Of a stretch of 64,000 bases of DNA, positions 50,489 to 64,000 are shown piece after piece. This DNA comes from Marsupella aquatica (taxonomy: Eukaryota; Plantae; Marchantiophyta). The stretch's first letter is position 1, and every line of letters begins with the position of its first letter. The stretch is taken from NCBI GenBank assembly GCA_973895155.1, contig OZ316891.1, positions 16,767,651 through 16,831,650 of the forward strand, written 5' to 3'. The translations under genes and the position numbers were made by a program. The notes beneath the pieces were generated by a model. The model saw nothing but the letters and a program-made list of their open reading frames with translations. It ran no database searches and was not told where the DNA came from.

Positions 50489-53400
50489 CTCTCCATCCTC
50501 TCGGTCGGGTGGTGGTAGCTCGACTGCTGTGAGTATTGATGTCGGGGCCGCTAGTGTTACCGTGTTGTCCCCTCAGGCTTGCTGGGGTGGTGCGGGGTTG
50601 TTTGTACCCCGCGGTCATCGATTCAGAGGAGGGTGAGCCTCCTCGTCCTCGGAGCTGATATGTACCGTATTCACCACGGATCATACTCAGAGAGGTGGTG
50701 GAACCGGTGGCGGTGATCAGCTTGGCTGAGGCCGAGGAGGTGCAGGTGCAGGTGCGGGTACGGGTACGGGCACGGTTTGGCCAGCACTGGTCATTGAGGG
50801 TAGAGTTGCCATGAAATTCTGCAAGTGCCGGTGGAGATTTCTGACGCAAGGGAAGATGGTCCTGTCGACTGGGTGGTGTTGAATTCGCCGTTGATGATAG
50901 CCCGGACCCGAGCGGGGATGTGGTCAAAGTGGTGCCACTGTAAGTCAATCGTGCCCGGAATATTGAAGACCTCGTCCGGAAGCCGAAGCAGTGCCTCCCA
51001 AAAGCCGATGTATTTGCCTCCGTCGAAGAAGTACCCTGATAACTCTTTGGGTCGGTAAAGCTCGCTCTGGGACGGGTACTCAAAGTTAAGGAGATAGTGG
51101 TGGCGGCCTGCTAGGCGGATGGCTCTCTCATACTCGCGTTCGATCTCATATCAGCGCGGATTGGCGTGTTTCAATGAGTCAGCCAAGTGCCCTCCAATAG
51201 ACAGGAACTGAGTCCAGAATTGTATGGCCGAACTGGAAAGGATCGTGTGCAACATTCAGGGGAGATAGCAGGTGACTAAGGAAAAGCGAGAGAGGTGGGA
51301 TCAAAGCTGGCACGTGGATTGGAGAGCTTGGTGCACTGCAAAGGATCGGCTCCCTTTTATACCCTGAGAGCTCGTCGATCGCCCGACGCCTCCTCGTCGA
51401 TTATAGGTCGAGCCTTTCACGCTCATAGTGTACTAGCCCCTTCTCCAGTCCGGGTCAGCTCGTGTCAGTGGCCGCCTCCCGGAGTTTGTTATACGGACCT
51501 GAGGGAGGGGGAAAAAGGGCCCATTACACGCTCTCAACCCGGGCGTGCGAATGGCGACCCGCCGCCAGCCCGAACATGAATTCCCCTTATTGACTAATGA
51601 TTTCCTACTCATAATGCCTACCTAAATACTATCGTTATGCTAATAATAATGGCCTAAGATACCCCTAACGTGCGTGCTAAGCGCGGTTAGACCAAATTAC
51701 TCATTACCCGCCGTACCGGCAGCGTCACAAAGTCATTGCAATAGCATCAGTCATCTAAATTATGTTGCAAGGAGTCAAATGCCTGCTAGAGGAGATCCTG
51801 TTCTGTCAGGACGGCCTGGAAGACCTCGCCAAGTGGATGCGAGGGATGTCAAACAAAGGACCATCCAAGGCTTTTTAACTCAGAGGCCGAGTGGAGGGCC
51901 GTCTTGTAGTTCCTCTTGAATGTCTATAGAAGAAGAAAGAGGTGGGCACTTATCTCTGTTGTGTTGGGGTCTTTGGCGTGATGCGGTCCAATATGGTTCA
52001 GAAACCAGGCCTATTAAGGGAATCTTAAACGACCAACTTAAAGTTGAGGGACTTTGGCTTGCAGAGCCCTTGGTCGTAGAAGATGTGTTCTGTGTAACCG
52101 GGCAGGAAACTTATCACATTGAGGGTCTCTTTAGGCACAAGCATTGCAGTAGATTATCAAAACTTGGGGGTGGCTTTAAAGACTTGACATGTGAACATTG
52201 TTTTAGTATAAAAGGGGAACCCGACTTTAGGCTCAGGGTGGCTAGAGAATTCAAAGCCTCTGAGATGAGAAAAGAGGAAGCAGCGGGACTGGGAAGGGTC
52301 GTAGGTTAGATTACCTCACGGTTCCCAAGGTCCAGCAACAAGCAAAGTGTTATAGGAATCGAGTTCTGAGAGAACGAAAGCTGCAAAGAATCCTTAGTCA
52401 TAGATTATTGATGGTTGAGGCCCGTGTCCCCCCGATTGGGGAAGTCTGCCTTAATTACCAGGAACCAAATAAGGCCACAGTGCTGAAGTTTTGTCAATCC
52501 ATAGTCTTGGCACACAAAAGGGGTGCCTTTGGAGGGAGAGGTGCCCTGTGGGATATGTTGTCAGACATTGCTTCGAACCTAAACAAAGAGAAGTAGGGTT
52601 ACCGATATAAGGCAGGAACAAAGCTTCTTTGCCAAACACTCTTTTTGCATGGTGGGAGGCGCGTTGTTGATTGTCTTTCTAGTAATGGAATAGGTCCTAG
52701 TTTGAACACCCTTCAATGAGATAGGAGAGGGATGGTTGTGTTCCGTGCAGGAATTCATGCATCTCAATTCAAGTTCATCGCCAAAGTGTTCTCACAATTA
52801 AAGGATTGACTTGGCATATGTGGGCCGATTCCCTGTTTTATGGCAGAGGATGAGATTGTAGTGAAAAAAACCGTGAGGTAATTACTATCTCACTTCATAA
52901 CCTTTGGGCTGATGTACCTGCTGTTGTATATTTGAATATGTACACCAAAAAGGCAGCAACCTAAAAAGTCCTTCACCTTACGTTTGCAGATGGCTGCCAA
53001 AACAGGATACTCTTATTGGGTTTTGTGGGAAGAGAACTGAAGGCCACCAATGTGTAGCAGGCTTGGAGGTCAAGGTGGGCGAGGGAGAAGCTGGGTTTAC
53101 TGCCATCATCGATTCTTTTGAGAATTTCCGTGTAGGGAACCTAGCAAGGTGTATCATGGTCAATCCATTGGTTGTAGGGCTTCCTCACTTGGCTGTAATG
53201 GGCGATATAACATGTAATAAGTTTGATGCCCCTTGGGTCAGGCGCCAGTGAGACAAAGTGGAATCTCTCTGGACAACTCATTGCCTGGATTCGGTGGGCC
53301 GTCTATTGGGACATGCCAGTGATGGGGATTCACGAAGGAGAAAGCTTATGTTGGAGGATTATAGTGGGAGAGGGATTGAGGGGCCAAGGCAAAACCTGGG

Positions 53401-55280
53401 TTGGGAAGGTTGGCAGCTGACTCACTCGATTACGACTACTGCCCAGGCCTCTAGAGGCTATGCTGTAGGACTCCATGATCAGGATTATATCCATAATGGG
53501 GAGAAGCTAGTGAACCCACTTGATTCAAGTGCCAGGATTTTGAAACTAGGAGCAAGCGTTGCAACCATAAGTCACTTGATACACTTAGAGGAGTTATATG
53601 AGGTGGCTCAGCATGGCTTGAACAAAGAGGACATACGTCGCAGAGATTGGCAGAATTGGGCAAGTGCACAACGACTTTGTAGTCGTAAAGTCAGTAATTC
53701 TTTGCGGCTGCTACGAGACAGAGCAGATGCTAGGGTTGAGCTTACACTTGGGACAGAGGTGTACATTAGGATATGTGCAGATTATTTGGACATTTTTCTT
53801 AACACTCGGCTCAGTTTGCGCGAGAGGATTGTTCTCTATGGGAAGGTGGGATTCTTTTTCAGGCTTTGGCGTCTGTGGTGTTTTCATGGGAACCACTCAG
53901 TTGGGGGTAACACACACCCTATCACCTTCACCCATAGTTGTATCCCATGCAGACATTCCTTGACATTCAAATGTCAGTGCATTTTGTTGTTCTTTTGATA
54001 ATCCAATTCAGGGACAAATTCCAAGATCTACCTGTACCCTTGCATTTGACTGGGTCAGATTCTTGTGAGCAGTTTTTTTCCAAAGTTGGGGGCATGAGGG
54101 GCAATGAGCGAAGCTATGACATATCAGAATTGGTGGAATGTGCTACTAATCTGATCCGGTTGGCTGCAATGGATTTGACCAAAGGAATTATGGGTGTGGG
54201 GAAGAGTCATAAAAAACACTCAACCATTTGGATGGGACTGCACCCAATAGAAGCTGGGGTTGATGCAATAGCAGATCAAGCAAATTATACAGGAATCAAA
54301 ACAAATGCAGAGGTTATCATTGCTTTGCAGGATGGGTTGGTATTGGCCCAGACTATTGCAACTGAGTGTCAAATGAACCCTTCCACATGTGGTGGACTTC
54401 ACCTTGGACGACTGAGGCGAAAGGGGCTAAGTATGGTGGATGGTGTGATGTGAATGTTGAGTCATTAGTTGATGTGGATGAAGGTTTGGATGATGAACCA
54501 CCACCATTAGTACAGCTTGTTGTCCTAGTGGAACAGACTCCTGAGGAGATTGCCATGTTTTTAGATCCAGGGGTAGTGGATGCTGGCGCTGCAATTGAGG
54601 TTACCATGGATGCAATGCATTCTGACTTGGTGTATGGTGCCCCTAGACAGGAGTTTAAACGAACGGTATCTTACAAAGACAGGAGTATCTACAAAAGTAC
54701 CCTGGTGAGCCAATTAGTGGGCAACCCACACCTTAGTAAGGACCGTCTCACTCGAGTGAAGCAGAGTATCTATTTCAACAATTTAGTGGATAAACCAAAT
54801 GTGCGTGAAGGATCTCCATCCATGTTTATGACAGTTGGAAGTGACTGTGGAGTATTTTTTGTTGATGACACTTCTCAGGGTAGAACCACTAGAAATACAG
54901 AGGCCATAGCTTGAGCAATGAAAGGGAAGGGGCATGCCAAGAAGTCAACCGATTCTAAAAGGCCTAGAGGTGAAGCTGTCACAGTGACTTCAGTTACAGG
55001 AGTGAAATATAAGTGGTGGATTGGACAAGTCCAAAGCATCCACAGGAAATATGGGAACAAGATAGGAAGATCAAGGGAAGCATTGGATTTGCTTGATAGG
55101 CCTGGTACTGAATCATGTTGTGAAGTGAGGTTCAATTGGTTTACTCCAATCAGGGCAACTGGGTGTAAGTTTAAGTATGATATGTGCGATCCTAGCAGCA
55201 TTCTATTGGAGGCTATCATTTCAACAGTGAGCTTTACTGTAGATCCATTGTACCCAAAAATCTTCATATTACATCTTGAT

Positions 55281-58200
55281 TGTTGTAGGATCAATGAGAC
55301 AAAGAATAGTTCCATCTTTATTCCTGGTAGGATATGTACATGTGGTCACGGCCTAAGTAGTTAGGGTAGTTACATAGGGTTAGTATATCCCAAAGGTAGA
55401 CTTAACTCAGGTATGAGTTACAACACTCCCCCTTTGTAACATTGGGGTTTAAATGTTACAATCAAGAGTCTACTTTGGGCATACTCAGTGGTATACAATA
55501 GGTTTTGTTTATGTCTAGCCTATTTTATAAATGGTGCAGCCATCTCAAGTCTACTATGAATGTAAAGCTTCTCCTAATAGATGTCTTATAATTCATGTTG
55601 CATGGTAAAGTGTAAGTGGGGGATGTAACCTCATTAAAACCTCCCCTACTTTCTTTGTGGGAGGAAAGAGTATTACCATCCCCATGGGTGAAACATAATT
55701 GGGTTTAAGCATATAGCGTATGTGTAATTTCTACAAAGTATCTTAAGGTGTTTGTCAACACTATAGGCTTGTTGAAGATCCTCCTTGGTTGGTGTTAGCA
55801 AAGTTGATTGTATCTTGTGTCTTGCGTTTCTTCCCGATCAGGCAATGAAGATTCCTCAATGGTCATAGATTACATGCAAGGAAAAAACAAGGTATTAGTT
55901 CATTATGAAGATGATATGGTTGATTGAAATCCGATGGCCTTGGAATCGTTTGGAGTGTCCAATCCTAGGTCTCATATATCATAGGGATTTCCTATTAAGA
56001 TATAGCGTACCATCTCTCATGGTGCCTTACCAAGTCATACCTCACCTGATAGTACCTTGCAACGTGATACCATACTTCATATGATCATATGATACCTTAT
56101 CATGATATGATGTGGGGTCTTTTATATTTCAAAATTTAGTCATCATGACATGTCATCCAATATTGGTGATTTAATGCATTTTTTCATAATTTGGCCATAT
56201 GGTTCTAACTCATGGAATGTAGTTCCATTTTTAAATATTCATTGTTGTGAAAGGCACTTGTGTAGTAGGCACATCCCATGGGTTCGTTTTCTTGGAGCCA
56301 AGTCTTTCTTGAGGTCTCCCCTCAATTTGTCAAATATATTTCCTTTCTGCCTTAGTGTGCAGTAGGCATACATTTGTTGTCATGTGCAGTAGGCACAGGG
56401 TTTCTATGTGTAGGAGGCAATCTGGGGAAAATATCTCCCCTTTAATTTGTGAAATTAATTGGTGGAAGTAACCATCATTAACATTTTCAATAAGTGTTTT
56501 TGTATGTGCCTTAAATCATTTTGGCATGGCATGAATTTTTCTTGTGAATGTTAATGCAAATCAACATTGTCACAGTTGGCTTTTAATAACTCTGAAATGT
56601 CTTGCTGCTTTTTTTTCAGTCATCGTTTGTCTCCATGTAGATTCTGTACTTGAGCTTCTTTCTTTATGTCCTTACTTCATGTCTTGTTGTTTGGTTTTTC
56701 TTTCCTTTTGAAGAGAAAGTCTCTTTGTTCTTTAGTTCTCCATTCCTTAGTGTAAAATGGTCTTCCTAGAAGGAAAAAGGTGGAGGACTTTCCTTTGGTT
56801 TGATGGCTTCTTTTTGTTGTATTCCCTTAATCCCGTTGGTGTTTGCTTTTTCATCCCCGTTCTTAGTATATGTGTTCCTTAAATCAATATTTTGTGGCAA
56901 TGTTTCCTTTGTAAAGAAAGGTGCTTTTTGTTAAGCTCGTATTTTGCTAAAAACAATTGGAATTTGGGGTTGGTTTGGTGTTTAGGTTGTTTGAAGTGTA
57001 TTTCCCTGGTTAAGTGCACATTTTTCTTTGTAAACACAAATCTCTTTGAAGGGTTTTTCAATTAAGGAGGGTTTGCACTTAGCGGTATGTTCTCGACGTT
57101 TTCTCGATGTTTCAGCATTTTTGTTGTGAGATTTGACTTTGCTGCGTGCGTTCCCTTCGTGCTCTTACCCTCTTTTCTCCAAGCTTCTGTTGGTTCGTGC
57201 TCCCTAAATGTGAACTCTTCTTTATTTCTTTGTGGTCCTCTGGTTTATCTCTCTTCCTTCAATCTTCATTGATCTCCAGTCTTCATTGACGGTCAATTGG
57301 TCGATTGTTGACAATCTTGGAGTGCGTGGTCCGAAGTCACAAATTTTGGAGCTCATTGGTCAATTTTCTGGACGACGGAGCTCTGCTGCTTTTGATAGGC
57401 CGACAGGGATTCTTGGAGTTTTGGGCTGCATGAGGATTGATTTGCTGACTGAGTGAGAAAGAACGAACCAGATGGCAAATAATCATCCCTACGCTGGAGG
57501 ACTAAACCTGGACAGCGTCTATGGAAGGAAGAAACCATCCGAGACTCCGACGCAAGCATCAGCAGTCCGACCATATATCGATGAGTCTTCATCAACCGGC
57601 CCTTACGGTGGCTCTCAATACGCTTCTCCTTACACGAAACTAGCAGCCAAGCCGATAACAAAGGGCTACTCTCGGTCGGGTGAACCGCTGGTAGGTGCTG
57701 CACCTGCCTATGGAAGGCCGGCATCTGGGTATGGTGAGGATTATGGTCCCTCGCCTGGAGATCCTGCACCTCCTCTTATACAAGTCCCCGAACACTTCTG
57801 AGTGCAACATTTGGTCTCTGAATTCTCTTACATTTTTCGCCGCCTGAAATATCTTGAGGAACCTTCTCGAGAGTGTCGTATGGGTCAAGGGGGGGCAATT
57901 GTTGGAATAGGGAGCATTTGCCAAAACTAGTACAACATGAATTTGGACGGCACATCTTCGTAATCCTTGCCACTGTGCAGAACCTAGGAATTGGATAACT
58001 TCCAAGGCAATAGATCGCTTCAAAACTGAGATATCGACGAGGCGTCATCGCAATTCTGCACTTAAAGTTGACAGAGACACCAAGATCGAGGGAATCCATT
58101 GCTCAAAAATTTGTTAAAAATGAGAAGAAGACATCCAATAGCAACCATGAAACTTAGGACGAGCGGGATCCCAGCGTGCATAGCCCAAGCCGACAACAGA

Positions 58201-58620
58201 CGATGCGGACGCCGTTTGCTCCCAATGTATCCCGCTTCCCCTTCACGCAATTGGCCGCATTCAAGCTAACGTCAATGCCATCTTCGTCCACATTCCACCA
58301 CAGTTCAGAGTGCAGAGTGAGCTGCAGCGCTTCAAGCAGCTCTCGCAAAAAAAAACTAAAAAAACTTTGGCACATTCAAATCACGTCTTCAGGGCTCTCC
58401 CTCCTTTCTTTGTCTTAGAGTGAATCGGTCATGGCCTAAAAATTCAGCCAGCCTTAGGCTCGTGCTGATAACGTGTTGTAGGATCAATGAGACAAAGAGT
58501 AGTTCCATCTTTATTCCTGGTAGGATGTGTACATGTGGTCACGGCCTAAGTAGTTAGGGTAGTTACATAGGGTTAGTCTATATCCCAAAGGTAGACTTAA
58601 CTCAGGTATGAGTTACAACA
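55281..58620 (-). mobile_element. Small non-autonomous LTR element (Copia-type signals), 3340 bp
   Basis: LTRs 55281-55425 and 58474-58620 (TGTTGTA...TACAACA). TSD TTGAT. On the minus strand, PPT AAAGGGGGAG and PBS CGTTATCAGCACGA. No recognisable pol. Confidence 0.88.
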
Positions 58621-59887
58621 TTGATGATGTAATAGCTCTTGACGATTTTGTAAAGAATAGAATAGTTTAATTCATTTTCGGTAAGCACTTACCTTTTATA
58701 CTTCTATCCGTTTGTATTATTATAGTTAGTTTGTTCTGTACATTTAAATGACATGTAGCTAGTGATATTTATGAGCCTCTTACTCAAGTACATATTACCC
58801 ATATGAGTGCTATTGTTATTGATATGTGTTTTGGTGATCTATTGTTGGGTCAGGTAAATCCAAATCATAGCGTGCAACATTGTACCAGCAGAGTTGGTGC
58901 AGGGGTCTCAGGTTGTTGTGAAATCATGGGATCATCACGATTTGTCAGGAGAAAGGTCCACATTAGGAGAGCTTACCCTCCTGTGCGGCCTTCAGTACAT
59001 AGCAGAAGGCAGCCTATGATACTCCGAGACCTTAATGCAAGAATGAATAGGACATCCGCCTCTGATCCTGGGATGAACTCAGTCAAGGAGGAAGTAGAAG
59101 TGCAGCTTGGTGATAATTCAGTGAAGAGCTCGACGAAGGGGAGCCGAATGCAGGGCCTCAATGGCAGTGTAGTCATGAGTTGCTATGGTGATGATGTTTG
59201 TTTCTCAAGTGATCCTATGAAGCCTGAGCAGGCGGCGGGGCAGGCGGCTGAATCCTGTCCAAAAATGAGTGCTGATGAAGTTGAGGAGTCCAATATTATG
59301 GCAGTAGGCGTGCCTGCTGCTTTTCTTGATTACATATTTTGGCCTGTATTGGGGTCTGTACATTATTATTCTATTCATGAAGCTGATGATTATTGTTTTG
59401 AGTATTGTTTAGTGCCTATCAATGTGCATAGGTTCCATGCCTCTTAGTGTAGCACCTGCTTAGCTCCAGCATTTCTGAGGGGATTGCAATGGAGCTCTTA
59501 GCTATCCAACCAGTATTATAGGTAGTAGTGTAGGTAGTAACAAAAGTCCTCCATATATGAGGAAGGCATCAATAACACTTTTGTTATTGCCACAAGGCTG
59601 TATCCTAGTGGCAAAAAGTATGCTACTAATAAAAACCCTACTCTCAGTACTTCAATCATGCGTTTGATGTATGGTGGCAATTTTTTTTACTAATGAATGA
59701 AGGGTGTTGTAAATTCATTTTTTCACTAAATTATAAGAATCCAAAGGGCTCAAATTATTCAGTGAAAACATAAATTTATAACTAACAAGGGAAATATGAA
59801 AAGTCCAAAAAATTCTAACAAGGGGTACTAGGGGGAGGCTTGATCTCAGGGGGGTTCACTTAATTTACTAGGAGTGAGGGCCCAGGG

Positions 59888-61180
59888 AAAGTACCGTCAA
59901 ACCTTTTTCACTCATGTGTCTCAATCTGTAGTGCCAATATTGAGCCATCTTGTCTTGAGATCTAGTTACATTGGCTTCTTCACAAATCACATTGCCCTCC
60001 AACAAATAAAGAATCTTATTGTGCTGCTTACTCTTCAGGACAACCTTTTTCCTTATTGACACCTGAAGTACACCATTAGCAGAACTCTGTTGATGACCAT
60101 TTACTTCCAGCATTCCAAGAGAAATCAAATTCTTTTTCATATCATAAATGTGTTTGAAATTTCTCACTATTTGCACAGCTCCATCAAACATCCAAATTTT
60201 CATGAATTCAATTGTTTGATAGGGGTGATCATTCCCCATCAACACTGAACCATTTGATACAAAGTAAAAACTGAAAACTCTCTCATACAGAAAATATGAT
60301 AAATATAGACACAATCCAAAATCCATTCATCATCATTTTCTTGGGATAAAGTGCAAAAGGCAACATCTTGACTTCATAAGATTTCATTGTCAAGCATGTC
60401 TACATCATCGTACGTCCACATGTGCAAATAACGGGTTATTCACCTTAACTCAACAATCTTTTTTTCATGTGACCAACCTTATTACATTTCCAGCATGTAA
60501 TTGATTTTTTCTTGAGATCTTTCTTGAGACCTAGATCTATATTTATCCTTGCCTCTATTTACGTTCCATGATCGGCCATGGTTCACAATCAAAGCAGATC
60601 CTGAGGGACTTGATGGCGTAGAGGACGAGACCATTTTTTGTTGTATAGCATCAGTTAACAGAGTGTTTACAATCTCATTGTAGGTGGTAGTTTACTTATC
60701 ATGATGAAGTAGCACTCTTGACAAAGACTGATAGGATGCAGTCAAAAAGCTCAAAAGATGAAGTGTCTTTCTCTCATCAGTTAATTCATCTCCAAGATTT
60801 GACAAAGTTGTAACTAGATCATTGAAAGCATCAATGTGATTTTGAATCTTGGTGTTGTTATCCTTCATCTTAAAACTCATTAGTTTCAAGGCTGTATAGA
60901 GCCCATTAAAAAACTTCATGTGATGGTATTTATGCTATAACGTTGTGAACAAAGACAGACATGATGAGTGTTCACCAAGATGCTTGATGATGTGAGACTA
61001 GAGATAGAGTGTAATGATACTCACACCTTGTTCATGCATGTCGTTCCATGCACTCTGTTGCATGTCGCTCGGCTTGTCCTTCAACACTCCTTTCACTTGC
61101 TTCTCCCATAAGAGATAGTTCGAACGACCATCATACTTTGTAACATCAAACTTGGTCAATCCAAGCTTCAATGAACCCAT
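59888..61180 (-). pseudogene. Ty1/Copia gag-protease-pre-integrase remnant, truncated near 59887
   Basis: KYDGRSNYLLW, NHIDAFNDLV, CWKCNKVGHMKKDC, WILD, KKNLISLGML and WHYRLRHMSEKGL. Confidence 0.85.
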
Positions 61181-62340
61181 CTTGAGTGCTACAACTCTTC
61201 TTGTGTCACTTTGTAGCTTTTCTCCTTCGTCCGTGCCGGTTACTCAACTCAAAATTTCAAAAAATCATAGTTTTTGTAACTTCTCAAAAACTTTGAAACT
61301 TGTCATCACCACATAGTCCACTAGCCTAGCAAACCAACACTGAAATCCAAAATTGACACCAAGCTCTGACAAAAAACATTTTCACATTTTGATCGGGGTG
61401 GGTAAACTTAAAATTCTCCCCCGTTTTGACCACCTTGGGGAATAACCAAATTTCAAATAACAACCCAACGTCAAAAGTGCAAGGTGATCAGTGCACCTCG
61501 TTGCTAACTCTACTGGCTACCAACTTCCCAAAGATAGAATCTTTGATGGACCGCCAAAATCTGCTCTCTATTTTTTGGGAATATTCCTACACATAGCAGC
61601 AGGGCTCATAGGGGGCCGTTCCCCCTGTCGGAGGCCGGTCGATATCGGACTATCGAGCTATATCGATCTGCATTATCGGGCTGCAATATCAGCTTGTCAA
61701 TATCAGGCTGCAGTACTGGTCTGTCAATACCGGGATGCAGTATTGGGTTGTAATATCGACCAATGTCGGGCTGAATCGTCAACAGGTCCAACAACATAAA
61801 AACCCTAAACCCTAAATCTCGAGCTCAGAACGACCACGTTGCCGTGATCTCTACGTTGAGCCGTAGCACTTCACATTTCTACTCCCGTGCCGAGCGTGAC
61901 GACAAGAAAATGTGCTTAAGCAAAGCTAACTTTTCATAGCCATGAAAAACCAAAAACATCTCTTTTGCTTGTTGCGTTGCACTTGGTAACAAATCAACTA
62001 CCAAAATGATCAATTTTGTCCAATTTACGATTTGAGCTATAGCATGCAACTCCTCACGCATTGCAAAGCTCACATCATCAAGAAACCTATCTCAGATCCC
62101 TCATCTGGAAAAACCGTTGAAGAAACCGTCAAATACAAATCATTTTACACCCAAATCCAGAATGACTCAAACTTCAATTCCTCCACGCCACAAACTCCGT
62201 TCAAGGATTTCTACGCACCGCTAGAAATTCCTTGCCCCGATCTATCTACTGAGCCCATAAACTTTGAGTTCCACGGGACGGAACTTTGGGAAATCTACCG
62301 ACAAAAAATTGTCATGAAAAAAGTCGTCTCCCAGGCTTGC

Positions 62341-62756
62341 TGTAACACTAATTATTGAACTATGACGTATTTCTCTACGATAAGATCATGACTCATCTCA
62401 TGCATACATAGTCGACACACTTGAATACATGATTCATATATTTTCCAAGGTTACATCCACACGAACACGAAAGCTAAGAGTAGTCTCCACATACGAGCTC
62501 TCTTTTTCTCTCAAGTCGCTTAGTTACAATGAGCAAATATCATTTTACCAATGACTTACACTAACCCTGGTATATACAAGGTCACACACGACTAACTTAA
62601 TTTCAACTAAATTCTTAATTACAGTTAACCTAATTATTATAACCTATGAGTCACAAAACTAAGAACAATCTTTAACACTAGAAAAATGAACTTACTGACA
62701 AAATGGATATACAGATCCCTTACAAGCAAGGTCGGCCCCAAAATGTGGGTGTCACA
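62341..62756. repeat. Possible LTR
   Basis: TGTAACAC...GTGTCACA inverted termini, but no TSD and no partner found. Confidence 0.3.
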
Positions 62757-63733
62757 ACAAGGGAAGGGAACATGCACCCTAGGAACATGGCCAAAGAAAC
62801 ACGGATGGTACAAAGATGAGCCATAGCAAACACAACTCTGCCAATAGGGTCGCCCTGTTGGGTGGTACACAATGGTTTCTCCTATTCATAAAGTCAAACA
62901 CTTTAGCATGAGTGATGCAATCTTATTACCTCCCTTGCCTTTTATGGTCCCCGGAGCTAATAATACATTACCATTACCAATTAAAAAAGACACAAACTTA
63001 AATCCTATTTTTATTGCAAAAAGTTTTTTGAATACTGTTGTAAACTTGCATTTTGATTGCCTGGAGAGGAAGTTGCATACTTCTTATGGAAAATTCAGAA
63101 AACATGTATGTAAAGGCCCACAATCTTATAGTCTATAATGTGGAGGTTGAGCTTGAACCAGGCCCAGGCTTTACTACTAATAGATGTCTGCAGGTGTTCA
63201 GTCCAAGCCAAGAGTACTGAGACAATTCCAAATGGTTCAGCAGGTGGTAGCATGGATAACTTGCCAACAGATGATCAGCCCAGACAGGACCAAACGCAGA
63301 CATATCTTTAGTAGTGTTATCTGATGTGGTGAGAGGCCACTGATGAACCCAGGCTAGGACAGACATGGGACAGGACCAAATGCAATGGAAGATATCTACA
63401 AAAGTGTTGGGTGGACATCTAAAACAGTGGTCTCTGTGTCAGCCCTGTCGAGGTGGGGGAGGCGCCACCTGTTTTAGCTGGCTGGTACACGTGTTCCCAT
63501 CAAAATATTATTTCCCGCAGCACCACTGTAGAAAAAATATGTTAGCGCAATGATGACTCGGTAATGAGATATAATCAACGGCCGTGGCAAAGCTGTGAGT
63601 GGATGAGCCCAACAAAATCGCATCACTCGCCCTGAACGTTCTTTCACCGGGCTCTAACGGGATATCAATCCACAAAGCCCTCACTGAAGAACTTTATCGA
63701 ACTTGTCTGAAAGGCGAACGATGCTCGAATGCT

Positions 63734-63949
63734 TCAAGAAACCGTATCAGGTGATACCATAGAAATTTGCAGGGGCCCGCCAAGGGTAAAGGGATTTGTA
63801 TCCTGTTTCGCAAGGACGGTTAGAAGGTTTATCGGGCCGACGAATTTCGTACCAGTTGTCAGTGTAGATCTTGTGGCGCTGAGACGAAGATGACGCAGGG
63901 AGGACAAGAACCTAGGAGTTTTGGAGAGGGGATGTTGGGCTGAAGACAC
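63734..63949 (-). pseudogene. Possible Gypsy integrase C-terminal remnant
   Basis: LSSLRHLRL...KFVGP resembles the GPY/F region. Highly decayed. Confidence 0.3.
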
Positions 63950-64000
63950 GAGCTCGTTAGGTGTCAGTCCTGCTCAGTGCAGACACAAAATGCGTCGTCT

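Larger units (their letters stand above)
36072..51729 (-). mobile_element. Solo LTR of family A (about 3.96 kb net: 36072-36579 plus 48272-51729)
   Basis: TG...CA termini and 5-bp TSD AAGTC (36067-36071 and 51730-51734). Confidence 0.93.
35018..58670 (+). pseudogene. P-element/THAP9-like transposase gene, split into 35018-36071, 51735-55280 and 58626-58670
   Basis: Reading frame rejoins across TSDs (NLES/HCNSISH; LHLD/DVIALDDFVKNRIV*). Intron 52878-52989 gives AEDEIVVKKTVR-WLPKQDTLIGFCG. Motifs SDGDSRRR, QDYIHNGEKLVN, DWQNWASAQRL and TGSDSCEQFFSKVGG. Two C2H2-like fingers in the N-terminal part. Confidence 0.7.

Noticed and set aside
58803-59447. 214-aa ORF as a host gene
   Set aside because: No recognisable domain, probably runs through intron-like sequence at both ends, and lies in TE context.

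Overview
A eukaryotic, almost certainly plant (probably non-seed plant; inferred from the element families and GT-AG introns) 64-kb stack of nested transposons. No recognisable host gene was found. Target-site duplications (TSDs) resolve the nesting. (1) A decayed non-chromovirus Ty3/Gypsy element (family A, about 1019-16739). (2) Unusually long LTRs (about 3.6-4.8 kb) of three families (A, B, D) that carry protein-coding ORFs inside the LTR and persist as solo LTRs. (3) An 11.1-kb Mutator-like DNA transposon (17203-28325, 9-bp TSD, degenerate TIRs). Besides its transposase it encodes a divergently oriented, intact 4-exon ParB-domain/DNA amino-methyltransferase-fold fusion (1062 aa). It also carries 17 copies of a 15-bp palindrome (TAGCGCCNGGCGCTA) confined to introns and non-coding DNA. 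(4) A split P-element-like transposase pseudogene. (5) Copia remnants. The MULE ParB-MTase plus palindrome module is the best candidate for an undescribed system. Domain calls are from motif recognition by eye, not database searches.
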